Assembly: GCA_965644295.1 (NCBI GenBank)
Contig: CBFFRP010000144.1
Span: 62,001-126,000, forward strand
Direction: 5' to 3'
Length of the DNA: 64,000 bases
From: Paraphysomonas bandaiensis
Lineage: Eukaryota; Protista; Chrysophyceae
Under the pieces are notes generated by a model. The model did no database searches and was not told where the DNA came from. It saw nothing but the letters and a program-made list of their open reading frames with translations. The position numbers were made by a program, and so were the translations under genes. Positions 14,783 to 26,468 of this stretch are shown in pieces. Every line of letters begins with the position of its first letter. Within the stretch, counting starts at the first letter, position 1.

Positions 14783-15948
14783 ATGAGTAAAAGTGTGATG
14801 TTCCTGTTTGGCGGTCTGGTCAGTCTATTTCTGATAGATTGCTCTGTAGTGACTATCTGTACAGAGTATTCCCACAGCAGTGTTGGGGGTATGGCAAATA
14901 CATCGTTATCAATGGAAACGCGACCTCATTGATGACGACTGCAAACATTTTGAGAATAATATCAAGCATGTGGATTCTGAAGATGCGAAGTAGGTGGCTC
15001 TAAATGTGCAGCTGTGTGTGTTGATGTGCAATGTGCTGCCCAATCAGGTGGCACGAAAAGCTGAATTCGTTGCAAGGGCAGCGCGTTTCAATTCAGGGAC
15101 GCTATAATCATTCAAAGGAGATATTTTTAGGTAGTATGATCAATAATTGATTTATTATTCTACACTGAGTTAGATGTTTTCTTGAATTAGGACTTAGATC
15201 AGCTCCTCATCTATCGGGTGGGCGCCGGGCCCAGGGAATGGCTACCAACCCAATGGGATACTTCGTCATCACCCCTCTGGAGTTTGATAACGGGAAATGC
15301 GTTTTTGTGAACCGCGGATGGATACCTAAGGGGCGGTTGGACTTCAGTCGACCAGAGGGAAATATAACTGAAGTTGGCGTAGTTCAAAATATGGAAAAAG
15401 TAGGATTAGTGGGTTTATGATGCTCTTGGAATGATATTTATATATTAAAGCGGACAGCATTTTCTCCAGAGAACTATCCTGCTGAAGGTCGATTACTCTG
15501 GCTGAGTGCCGGAGATTTAATGGCCGCCTACAGGAGAGGAGAAGCAGGACAAGTACTTGGCCATGCCCAGGATTCGGAGGTGAATGAGTGCCCCGTGATT
15601 ATAGAAAGGCTAGGTTCGTAAATAGATAAGTTTCTATTATTATAAATATGACGTGGGAATGGCGTAGTGGAGGACGATGAAGCGAAGGAAGAAAAAGGTT
15701 ACCCTGTGGCGAAGAGTCTCAACGAATTCTCTGACAGCCACTACATTACACCTGAAGTACATCTCTCATATGCGTTCACGTGGTAGGTATCTACTGTTGC
15801 ATAGCTGAGTTTATATTACATGCCGGCATTCTTAAAAGCTACGTTATGCGTTAGGTTCTTCCTCTCTGCCACGGCTGTAGCTATTGCTGTTATGTCTTAT
15901 CGTAAGCGTGGCAAAGGTATAGGCAGGATGCGCCGGGGTCCAAGATAA
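14783..15948 (+). CDS. SURF1: SURF1/Shy1 cytochrome c oxidase assembly protein (multi-exon)
   Basis: The spliced translation gives LGVWQIHRYQWK, GYFVITPL, VFVNRGWIP and C-terminal HLSYAFTWFFLS, all SURF1 signatures. The start codon is uncertain. Confidence 0.9.
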
Positions 15949-16385
15949 ACTGGTATCCTTGCTGTTGAATTGCTGAATAATATCATTTGTGTTTGTAATT
16001 AGAAGTAAAATATGATATTTCAGTTTCTACTTTTAATTGTTGATAGCTAATACATTATACCACCACGTATTTTCGTGCATGGTGTCTTAAGGTAAGATAA
16101 GTAGTTTTACAATCACGTTTTCCAACAGCCACCTTAATGAATGTATAACGATAATACGAGTAAATCAAGTCAGTAAGTCGTTTGGTTGTGAATGTGGGGT
16201 TCTTACCAACTAAGAACACATCCACAAACCTATCTTCTAGTTTTCTGGCGACTCTATAATAGGTAAACAGTTCCGCAACCATCAGATAGCACAACGTTGC
16301 CAGAATAGTTCTATATGAACTTGAAAGAGCTACCCTATAAACTACTTCATTGACTGCATTAAAATTCCTTTCACGAGTGTGTTGT

Positions 16386-16783
16386 ATTCTTTCATCAATG
16401 TTTCTAAACAATATTATCATTGAATGTGCACATGTACACTAATTCTCGGGATTAATTTATTATCGTACTTTAATTCTTTTTATGCAAAAGTGAATGGCTT
16501 GTGATTTCATTGGTAAGTTGACAGAGTGCTGCATTCATCAAGGACATTATTAATACATCTTCTTGAACTATCAATAATAAAAATTCTTTCATCAATGTTT
16601 CTAAACAATATTATCATTGAATGTGCACATGTACACTAATTCTCGGGATTAATTTATTATCGTACTTTAATTCTTGTTATGCAAAAGTGAATGGCTTGTG
16701 ATTTCATTGGTAAGTTGACAGAGTGCTGCATTCATCAAGGACATTATTAATACATCCTCTTGAACTATCAATAATAAAAATTC
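16386..16783. repeat. 197-bp head-to-tail tandem duplication
   Basis: Units 16386-16582 and 16583-16779 both begin attctttcatcaatgtttctaaac. I see two substitutions between them and ATTC microhomology at the junctions. Confidence 0.95.
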
Positions 16784-16830
16784 CTGAAAAATTTACGACA
16801 CTCTGCTTTACTTTGACTTATCTTTTTACT

Positions 16831-18492
16831 TTATTCTACCGTCCTACTGGCACCATAATCTGCTGTAATTCGTGGGCGTACTTTCAAAATAGCATGGTCA
16901 CTATCAACGTCAGCGTTATAAGCCATTTTAGTAGAAACAGTCAACGATTGGCCAGTTTTCAGCTTTTTCACTATCTCGAACCCATTATCAGGTACAGGTA
17001 TTTTGGTGCTTAGATACTGAAACCAATCTTTAGATTGAAAGTGATGCAAGACAGTGAACGACACCAATTCCAGTAATTCAGATGGCAAAGCAAGCGGGGA
17101 CTGTGAACTGACTATTACGCGTATGCCATCATGCCTCATCAATCGAACAGTTTCTACTATGGTCTCAGACAAGCTGTCAGCGCTGGAGAGATACCTGTGC
17201 GCCTCGTCAAACACAACTACTTTGCCAACATCTTCCAAATTGTGATCACGAAATTGCTGCAATAGGACCTGAAAGATTCCGTTGACTTCATCTGAAGACA
17301 AAAATGGATCAGTTAAATCTGCCACTACCAGTACTCCACTCTTGAGTAAACTTATTGGATCTATGCTATCTGATATCAATTTAGAGTTCTTGTCTGATTC
17401 TTCTACGAAGTTGTGTAAAAGTTGGAGGCGCTGTTCCATCGGTGCTGATTGCGAAGGGGACTTAATCTTTTCCATAACGTCATTAATAAACGTCTTAAAA
17501 TTGGGCATCTTACAATCGCGCTGATAGCTTCGTAGTAAGTCTAGCATCACGCTCACATACAATTGTGAACTTTCTTTATTGAGACGCATCAGCTTTTTGA
17601 GCTGTTCTGCAGAAAGACTTGACCACTTAAACAATAATGGATGTACCTCAAACTTAGTGCCTTTATAAAAATGCTTTCGTTGATGGTAATACGATGGAGA
17701 TACCAAGATCACCATTCTCTCGACACCAGTTACATTTGATAGTTTCATACTGTCGTTTATGTGTCCAATACCCGTTGACTCACACACACTGGATGAATTC
17801 TGATCATAATGCAAGACCAGTCCACATTGCGGCTTATTTAAGCTTGTCACAGGACAATTGGGGGGGTAAGGCATATTTATAAAGCAATTCTCTAATAACA
17901 CATTCGCAGTATGAGATTTACCGGAACCTTGCACACCTACACATAGCGCACAAAAAGGCTCACTAACATTCAAATACAAGGGTTCCGCATTATATTCGTC
18001 AGCGCCATTGGATGTATCTTGCTGTTGAGTTTTGTTAGTGGAGTTTCTGATGACTGTACCAAAATATCCATAACTACAGGATATTTCACTTTTTAATGAT
18101 TCACCAAACAACACATAATTTTGCCTAGCATCAGAATGATTCCCATTAGAAACGGGATCAACGTAGAAATACTTATAGAAGTCATCTATAGAAAGTTCTA
18201 TTCTGTAACGTTCACTGACAACAGAAAAGGTCACGTCATCTAATAAAGTCATATCCTGGACCTGACTCTGCGGTGGAGGGGGCGGGGAATGTTCATCTCT
18301 CACAACAAGCATGTTTTTTGAATCTGAATCATCCCACCGTAAACCTCTCTCCCCCCCCTCTCTATCTATCAGCTTTTTCTTCATACCGTGATTTTTCCCA
18401 AATGTCTGCACCAATTTATCCACCCTTATCTCTTGTATACCCTTCTCTTGCATGTAAGCAACGAGGCGGTCTAGAGGAACATTGGCTGGCAT
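16831..18492 (-). CDS. Intronless HerA/FtsK-superfamily-like P-loop ATPase with a small N-terminal domain
   Basis: Walker A CVGVQGSGKSHT, Walker B VVVFDEAHRYL, and Arg-finger/Gln-sensor RLMRHDGIRVIVSSQSP, plus DLTDPF. It resembles an uncharacterised ATPase family I recall mainly from fungi. The first ATG (MPAN) is at 18492. Confidence 0.8.
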   Translation of the reverse strand: MPANVPLDRLVAYMQEKGIQEIRVDKLVQTFGKNHGMKKKLIDREGGERGLRWDDSDSKNMLVVRDEHSPPPPPQSQVQDMTLLDDVTFSVVSERYRIELSIDDFYKYFYVDPVSNGNHSDARQNYVLFGESLKSEISCSYGYFGTVIRNSTNKTQQQDTSNGADEYNAEPLYLNVSEPFCALCVGVQGSGKSHTANVLLENCFINMPYPPNCPVTSLNKPQCGLVLHYDQNSSSVCESTGIGHINDSMKLSNVTGVERMVILVSPSYYHQRKHFYKGTKFEVHPLLFKWSSLSAEQLKKLMRLNKESSQLYVSVMLDLLRSYQRDCKMPNFKTFINDVMEKIKSPSQSAPMEQRLQLLHNFVEESDKNSKLISDSIDPISLLKSGVLVVADLTDPFLSSDEVNGIFQVLLQQFRDHNLEDVGKVVVFDEAHRYLSSADSLSETIVETVRLMRHDGIRVIVSSQSPLALPSELLELVSFTVLHHFQSKDWFQYLSTKIPVPDNGFEIVKKLKTGQSLTVSTKMAYNADVDSDHAILKVRPRITADYGASRTVE

Positions 18493-20483
18493 ATTTAACA
18501 ATGCTGTGCAGTGAGATTGTGAGGATAGGTGTATGCACAGCAGTATAGAGGCTTGGCCTACAGTCGATACACGCTCTCAAAGCAATTGTCCTGCGCTTAC
18601 AGTCAGTCCTTTGGGTGTAGAAGACGTGATTACAAGCTACAGAGATGAGTCAAGTCGAAGTCAATTCACAGACACTTATTGTGAATAGGTTCGAAGAACT
18701 TCTATAACTTTTCTAGAATCATTTGAATGGATGGCATCATTTCCCTCCTTATCTAGTCAGCATCATCTCATGATAGTGTGATAGTGTGCATGTCGGCTCT
18801 GTCCATGTCACCACATTCATTCCAACTTTTGGACAACGCTGGCCTCTGGTATACAGCAGTATACCTTATACGTATACGGTCAATGTGTATAGGTGCACAC
18901 GAGTGCATGCTCTGTATACCTGTCTGTATACCATGTACAGGTGCTGTGCATATCCAGCAGGACATGGCAGTGTATGCTCTCATGGTGATGGTATCACATA
19001 TCAGGGCATCATATCACAGCCTGCGTAGCACGAGTAGTACATCAATGGGCTGTTATTGCTTGTACACATGTGGACTGAGTCCCTGTTGATGATGCAAGTG
19101 TCGTTATGGCGACAGTACAGACGGATATACATATACCTGCCGTTAGATTGTTTGGATACGTGTAGAGAGGGCTCATCGGATATTAAGATATCGTGTTGAA
19201 ATCATAGAACACCACTGTGTCTGGGGACAGATTTAGATATAAGTAATAGGCAGCAGATATCCCCTGAATCAACACGACTTCTACACTTCTATCACGTGGA
19301 GATGCTTCTTATATCAAACCCGCTGACGTCTCAGTGTCAAACCTTCTTGATTCACTCAATCTGAAGTGTTTTATGTTCATCTCCATCTGAGTTAAAATTT
19401 GTATTTAAAAGCCTCCTCTTCTTCTATTTGTTATATTATCTAATTATATTTTTGAATCTTTACTTCTGTACTCATTCAATTTACTTTTTCCAATGTTCTC
19501 TTTGTTTCTCCATATAGAATTCTAGATTTCTAGATATATCAGATTTTAAATGTTATAACGTAATTTTTTGCTACTTTTTAACCTATTGTCGGTGCGTATG
19601 GTGGAGTAAGAATGGCTGTCAGTGTTTCTCAGTGCTATCAGTGCTACTTCTTCATGACATAGGTACGATGCATCTGAAGATACAGTAGTCAGTAGTGTGA
19701 TAATATTGTTGTAGAAAGAAAACCAATGGAAGTTCTTGTGTCAGATGTTAACAAATTATTAGTGTTTGGAAGTGAAGGCACACAGAATAATTATATGCAC
19801 TTAAAACAAACTTAATGATTAGTTTGCAAATGGATACTGGAAATGCGTTAAATAGTATTTCATCGCAGAGACTATAGACATTTTTCAGAAGTTGTAATGG
19901 TTATGTATTCTGAATATTTCAAGGTAAGTTTATTTTTTTTTGTGCACCACGGAAAACCCTACTGAGTTTACTCCTGTTCTATGATAAATAGTCATGAAAT
20001 AGAGAATATTGTACTGGTATATATTATATAATGCATTGATTCAATGACACGAAAAATCTTTATTCAATAAAACGAAATATTGTAATCTGACACAATTCAA
20101 AATGATATAAGCATTGATGGTGAAATATATAGTATAGAGAGCGAAGTAGAAATACCATGCTTGAGTTGCACACATTTAAGTTCACAGGGCGAGCCAATTT
20201 GAGTTATTTTGAATCCAATTCAATTACTTTTCAAAATTCGATTTATATACTTACAAAAGTGTGTGATTGGGATGCAGGACAAGTACTCTGGATTCAATCA
20301 TAACTCCATTCCTATAATGGGAAGCTATATTGTACTAATAATTGTTGATAGACTACTTTATAATTATTATTGTGCCAACAATATCACAAAAGGAATAGGA
20401 TTTAACTCACATATATTTCACCTAGCCCAAACCCAAAATGGAAAAAGAGCAAGTTTTTAACCGATGGTATAGCTGTTTTCCCA

Positions 20484-22861
20484 CTAGTGTTCACACAGAG
20501 AAAAAGGACGCTCGAATACTTCGTCTGTGAGTTCATCGACATAGCGCGATCTTTCTTCCATCAGGCGCAGGCGATAGACTTCGGCCTCTTCACGCGACAG
20601 TGGTAAATTTAAAAATTCATAAATGTAGAGCAGAATGGCGTCTGGAATACCATACTTACTACATACCTCAAAAAAAGGCAACAACGAAAGGGTCTCTGGA
20701 TATAACACCCAGTCTCTCTGTTGAGGGGGCACCATGGCTGTGGAGAGGACCCTGATTAAAGGGTCAACGACAAAAAACACGAGTATCTTTCTGTGGCCAG
20801 GGCGGGAGGGGTCTGCCAACTCAAATGGCTGCACACGGTGCTGGAAAATATTTGGGAACACAACTGTGCGCCCGTTCACGGCCTCAATATATCCAAGGTA
20901 CTCGTTGAGTGGATCCTCGTCATGTAGGTTATACCTATGCGCTAGCCCAGTAGTATCATTTTGCTCATAATCGGGCTCTTCTACGGCCTGCCTGAAAGAG
21001 AGTCTCGATTCAGTGATGTTATCGCAAGAGTAGTAGTGAATCACGGAGCAGACAATGCGCTCGTTCTTCATTCCTTCCACATGCCAAGACCCACCCCTAT
21101 ACACTGGTTTATCTGGTGACAGCTCTATCGATGCCATCTTCACGATAACCTGGAGGTGTGTGTTCTTCAGGTTCACACGCTTATAAATAAATTTCTCTGC
21201 TTCTTCTACTGGAAAGTTATCAGGAAGAGGGATGTCCAGAGGTATTCGCATATCATAGTATTCTTCATAGTCGTCATCATCCATCTCGGCGATATCAATT
21301 TCATCATCAGCATACATATCATAGTTGGAGGGATCCAACAGGCGAAGAGGAGGGGTGATAGAATCTGAAAGAACTTGCTCTACCATTGGAATGCAAGCTG
21401 CAAAAATGTTTTCTAGTACAGGATACATCTCACCGTGTAAAAGCGGATGTAGGTTGTTAATGTAGGAGTTAATGGTCACTTGGCCAGTCTGTGAAACATA
21501 AAATTCCGCTGGAAGCCATTGGTACGAAAGAGACCAGCATAAGTGCTGCCTTTCAAAGGAACTCCGAGAAGGTCGGAAAAAGGAATCTTTACCCGCTCAC
21601 TCCGATCGCTATATCCAAGATTGTCCCTCCAGGAAGCTTCGAGAGAAAATACAGGCTTTGGGAGAACCTCTGTAACCCCATTAATTGCAGGGTATAATGA
21701 AGGGTGCACAATATCAACCACCATATCATTCGAACCAGGGTGATAGTCTTTCGCAATGGATTTCTCCAGCCGATCTGCGTGTACGCAGAAACACTCACGC
21801 AATGATGATGTAAGGATGCAGTCGGATTGATAAACATTATACACTGGAGATAGTACATATTTTTCATCTCTGCCTACCAAGGCCAGCGTTTTCAGTTGCT
21901 GTAAGACCAGGGAGAAGAGCTTTGGTGACATACCCTGAGTCATTGCCTCCTCATACCAGCGGCTTGTGATGCAATCATTGTTCACTTTTTCCCACCAGTG
22001 GCTCTTCTGTCGGATAGTCATTGAGAGCAAGTTAAAATCACGTTCGAGTGTGCAGTACGGGGTGGGGCCGTCGAAGTACTGGAAAGGTGTTGGAAAGCTC
22101 TCAACGTGCAGAGGAAGTTTATTCAAATCGTCAATACTTTGAAATATCCCCAAGTTTTGATATTTACCCTCTGATTCAAGACGATCTATTTGAGCCTGAA
22201 GAGCTTCCTTGATGTCGTCTTGAACGCTGCGCGGTTGCGGAGGACATTGCATCGTAGGATCCCCCCCAGGCATCGCGGTCTTCCAGATGCCATATTGCGC
22301 GGCATCCAAAGACTCCATTGAAATAATAAAATATCCTTGCAGTGCAAGGTCAAGTAGACGTTTGATGATGGGAGCACCGTTCTTCAACCTCAAGGAGATC
22401 AACATATCACTTTCCGAAAGGTGTTTCGCAAATGTGCGCTCTTTAGTTAGTATTTCCACGATCTCCATCGCACTACCAATATCGACGCTGGAGTTTTCAA
22501 CAAGTTTATATAAAAACACATGGATTGCATGCTCACATTCCCGAAGAATACAGTCTCGCAGAGTATCGTCGGCCAAACAGCGACGAACGAGCTCACCTCT
22601 GCATGAGCTGCAGAACTCATAAAAGACATCAGCGAGCATTTTATCACGACTGTTCTGATGGAGAGGAGACTCCTGTGATGAGAAGATATCCGACAGAAGA
22701 GATATGTCACCATCACGGGCCGCTTGTTTCCACTGCAATATGAGACTATTCCGCCGCTCTATCTGCTGCATCGCCTCCGGATCTCTAGTGAAGCACCTCG
22801 AGCACTGGTCTAATGTCTCAGGGGATCCATAGAACTCTTTACACACAGGGCAGAGTGACAT
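20484..22861 (-). CDS. A20-type zinc finger + DUF4246 (Fe(II)/2OG dioxygenase-like) protein, 2 exons
   Basis: N-terminal CPVCKEFYGSPETLDQCSRC (A20 ZnF). DUF4246 motifs: DYHPGSNDMVVDIVHPSLYP, WSLSYQWLPAEF, SYINNLHP, QVIVKMASIELSP, GGSWHVEGMKNERI, FPNIFQHRVQPF, GHRKILVFFVVDP, FSLCEH. A 47-nt intron 21592-21546 (GTAAAG...GGCAG) joins the two ORFs in frame. Confidence 0.87.
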
Positions 22862-23234
22862 ATCTGCTATCTATTAGTGGTTGTTCTTGGGATACTGTGC
22901 GGAAGTAGCAGTGCCGCTAGCAGACACGTGCAGTCTGTCCACGTAACTCTACCATAAGAGTTTCCAACATATCCAGATATGGACGTATTCTGCAGTATAC
23001 TGCTGTACACGTATGTATGATGTATGTATGGACATATGTATGTGTTCCTATCATCTCCAGCATACCGTATATGGGAGAATCCATACACAGTTACCCATAT
23101 GTATATACTGGCTGTATCTGCTGTATACATACAGAACATCAGCACAGAGGAGTGAGTATTGTGATCGAATCACACTCGACACGACCCATAACTTATAGGG
23201 CCAACCAGACACATAGAATACGACACAACGCAGC

Positions 23235-24206
23235 ATGCTCTCTCAGAGTGGTGGTATGTTTGGTAAGGGGATGGGTCGAGTTCTTCAGATGGGGTTATTC
23301 GGGTTCGGCGCCTCTCGAATGGATGAGCTGACAGCAGCCGATGCTCCGACCCTGTCACACAGACACACAGGAACGAGAACAGAGACGGTGCGGGTCATGG
23401 AGGGGATGTACCCTCAGTGCAGGGGCCTGATAACGCATAGGGACAACTGTGAGTCCTGTGAGGACATTGAAGAGGTTAAAGCGGTTCAGGACCGCACTGA
23501 TGTCGATGATGAGAAGACACGTGCTCTGTCCTGTGGACTTGCTACGGATGGGATTCGAGCTGCCGTCAGATCTGTGATGTCCAACCCGGAAATGTTCTCG
23601 TCGCTGGTTCCTGGAGGCTTACCTGCTATCCCCTCAGATAAAGAAGATGCCGTGTTGGATGCAGTTGTGCGATGTCTCGAGAGTGATGAGATTATGGCAA
23701 CTGCATCGCGGTTTGTAAAGCATTCCTCTTCACCGAAACCTCGTTGCGCCCCTATCAACCCTTCCAATTGGTCAGATATAATTGGTACGCACAAGTGCTC
23801 CCTATGCCTTGACTTACTGGCCGCCCCATGTGTGACCTCATGCGGGCACTCTTTTTGTGGTGAATGCATATACGAACACCTACAGCGTTGCGTCTGTGAG
23901 AGCCGGGATGACTGCGAGGTAGTCTCATTGTGCCCGATATGCCGAGGAGAAGTGTCAGCATCTCCCACTTTTGAACGAGTGCTGGACGAAGATATCTCGC
24001 TGAAAGCCATGGCGTTCATCGCCTGTCCAGAGCGCGAAGAATGGATCCGCAGACGACGAGCATATATGAGACTAATGGCTGCAAATGCTTCACAGGAGGA
24101 GAAGCAGTTTCAAGATGAAGAGGAATGGACAACAATTGTAATGGTTATTGCCGTGGCAGCACTGGCTGTTCTGATAACTCTAGGGATGGCTCACAGAGGC
24201 TTCTAA
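23235..24206 (+). CDS. C3HC4 RING-finger E3 ligase-like protein with C-terminal membrane anchor (intronless)
   Basis: RING CSLCLDLLAAPCVTSCGHSFCGEC...CPIC, followed by a hydrophobic tail TTIVMVIAVAALAVLITLGM and HRGF. The real start may be the ATG at 23397. Confidence 0.85.
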   Translation: MLSQSGGMFGKGMGRVLQMGLFGFGASRMDELTAADAPTLSHRHTGTRTETVRVMEGMYPQCRGLITHRDNCESCEDIEEVKAVQDRTDVDDEKTRALSCGLATDGIRAAVRSVMSNPEMFSSLVPGGLPAIPSDKEDAVLDAVVRCLESDEIMATASRFVKHSSSPKPRCAPINPSNWSDIIGTHKCSLCLDLLAAPCVTSCGHSFCGECIYEHLQRCVCESRDDCEVVSLCPICRGEVSASPTFERVLDEDISLKAMAFIACPEREEWIRRRRAYMRLMAANASQEEKQFQDEEEWTTIVMVIAVAALAVLITLGMAHRGF

Positions 24207-25255
24207 ATACCCTAAATGCACCGCTGTATATTCTGTTTATTATTACGTTGCATGTTTTCTAGTGCATTCTCCTCCGTGTAATACAATTTTGAAATCATGA
24301 AGCATTATGTTTGTAACATGTATACCACACGTAGGTACTGCTGTAATTCTAAGTTTACATAGTTTTTTGTATAACAAGCTTTGATGTTGGAGTGATTTTT
24401 TTCTCTATTTCAGAAACTGGAAGTCTTTCAGGGTAATGGTCGTTAAAGTAGCGGGAAGCCAAATCCCAAGCAGCAAATCAGTGAGTCATGGTGAAAGTTT
24501 AGGGAAAATCAGTTTATTAGGTTCCAAAGATCATAAATATATATTTTGTGTGTTGAACTTCAAAATAAATACTTTAACTAGAAATACAACATACGTTAAC
24601 CAGAAAGAGCACAAGCTTCGTCGATGTTGAAAATAGTGAAGTATCACTACTATTCAAATGTGAATGACACTTAATTCAATGCAATACTGTTGAGTTTTGC
24701 TGTTTAAGCAATTAAAAGCTGTAATTCTAAGATATTGGAATTATGACGGTTACTGGAGAATACAGTAGTGGTTAACTGTATTATGAGAAGTAATGAGAAC
24801 TGAATATATATTGACCATACGAGAAGATATTGACAATATAAGATCGTACTAGAAATAAGTGGTAGTAGAGATAACGTGATATATTGTTTATTATAATATT
24901 TATTATAATCTTCCCTCATCCTAACTAGATTAACGAGTAAATTAACGTCCAGTTAACTTAGTAAATCATCCAATTGTGTCATAACTTGACAAATACTACC
25001 CATGACGTAGCACTGTGGTTGGTAAGGTGGTACTGAATTGATGGTAACAGGTAGCAGAAGCGAGCACTTGAAAAAGCAAATCGTGTCATGAAGCGTTTTC
25101 ATGTCACAACCAATAAGGTTAAAATATTCTTCTGTGAAGTTAAGATGACTGATTTACTCAAGTTTATAACTCCTCCGCATTTAGAGCTATATAATATAGT
25201 CACCTCTAGATTGAAACGACTATTGAGCAAGCTATAGTTATATACGTACGTATTT

Positions 25256-25359
25256 TAGTGCCTGTTTCAAATAATTGGGATATAGCAAGCAATAATTGCG
25301 ATTATAATCGACTAAAAACCTTCTCCAATAAATTGACAATTAATTGAAACGCAGCACTG
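25256..25359. mobile_element. ~104-bp MITE related to the hAT element at 42486-43545
   Basis: The left end tagtgcctgtttcaaataattgggatat...ataattgcgattataatcgact and the right end ccaataaattgacaattaattgaaacgcagcactg match the two ends of the hAT element. No TSD is clearly preserved. Confidence 0.75.
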
Positions 25360-26468
25360 GTATTAGTGTTGCGTAAAACTGTCTGTATAAGATATAATAG
25401 AACTGACATTTCACTACTATTGTTCAAGATCTAGCAAATAAGATATGATAGTTTAAGTAGCGAGCATATTAACTTGTCACAATTATCTGACTTCTCTCTC
25501 ACATGAGCTGTTCCTGTTATCACTGCCTACACTGTCAGTCATCACGATAATAATGTCAATGTACTACACTATGAAGCTCATGATAATCAATGGGTTGGCA
25601 GTGGTAGTATAAGGGCAGATAACGTGGTTGCTGGTAAGAAAAAAAATGTGCTTCTGTTACATCCTCTAAACTTATATATAGACGTGTTACTAAAATTAAT
25701 ATATTTGATGTTTAATATACTACAAACAGAATAATTTTTAAAAACATTTTTACTTACATACTACTGTAAAATCTCCTGGAGTTTTCCCCAAAACATCATA
25801 TAATTCCCGCTTCCTACGAGTGCATAATAAATGTTGACTTTACGTATCATCTGTGATGTACAATAGAGTGATGGATTATATGTATGATATTAGGGGACTG
25901 CATTTTCCTGTTGTACCTATAGTGTAGTTTATACGTTTATACACATATTTCTTCTCATTTAACATATAATAGCCCTGATTTGCTTAGACAGGATTTTCTC
26001 GTTTACTATTAACATGATAAATTATTTCGTTCATGTCAACCACTGCTCAACTTCCGTATCTTGAATCGTCATAATATAATACTTCAGTTTCACAGTTATA
26101 GATATATAGTATCTTTGACTATTGCTACGTATTACTGTTTTTCACATTGTATTTAACGTATTCCACAGTACTATCTTCTTAGAGAACCATACGCATTCCA
26201 ACACAGACAATATATTTAAATATATTGCTGATACACACTGGTAGACATTTCGCTTCATGGTCTGCTATGTGCAGCAACCTTGCAGTGTCATCAATCAGTG
26301 AAATGGACTTACACTTACTAATTAAGCTGAAACTCAGTTGCACGATTATTTATTACTATATATCTCATTACAATTCATACCGTCATAAAACATAACATGG
26401 TCACATTGACAGGTGCTAATGCAACACGCAATTAACATTATCAATAGCTGTATCCCTTCTTTCTAGAC

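Noticed and set aside
16055-16420. 121-aa minus-strand ORF next to the duplication
   Set aside because: It starts inside the duplicated AT-rich unit and has no recognisable motif; unsupported without expression data.
21476-21600. Overlapping frames in the DUF4246 gene suggesting a programmed -1 frameshift or pseudogene
   Set aside because: A 47-nt GT-AG intron of normal size restores the frame, and there is no canonical X_XXY_YYZ slippery site.
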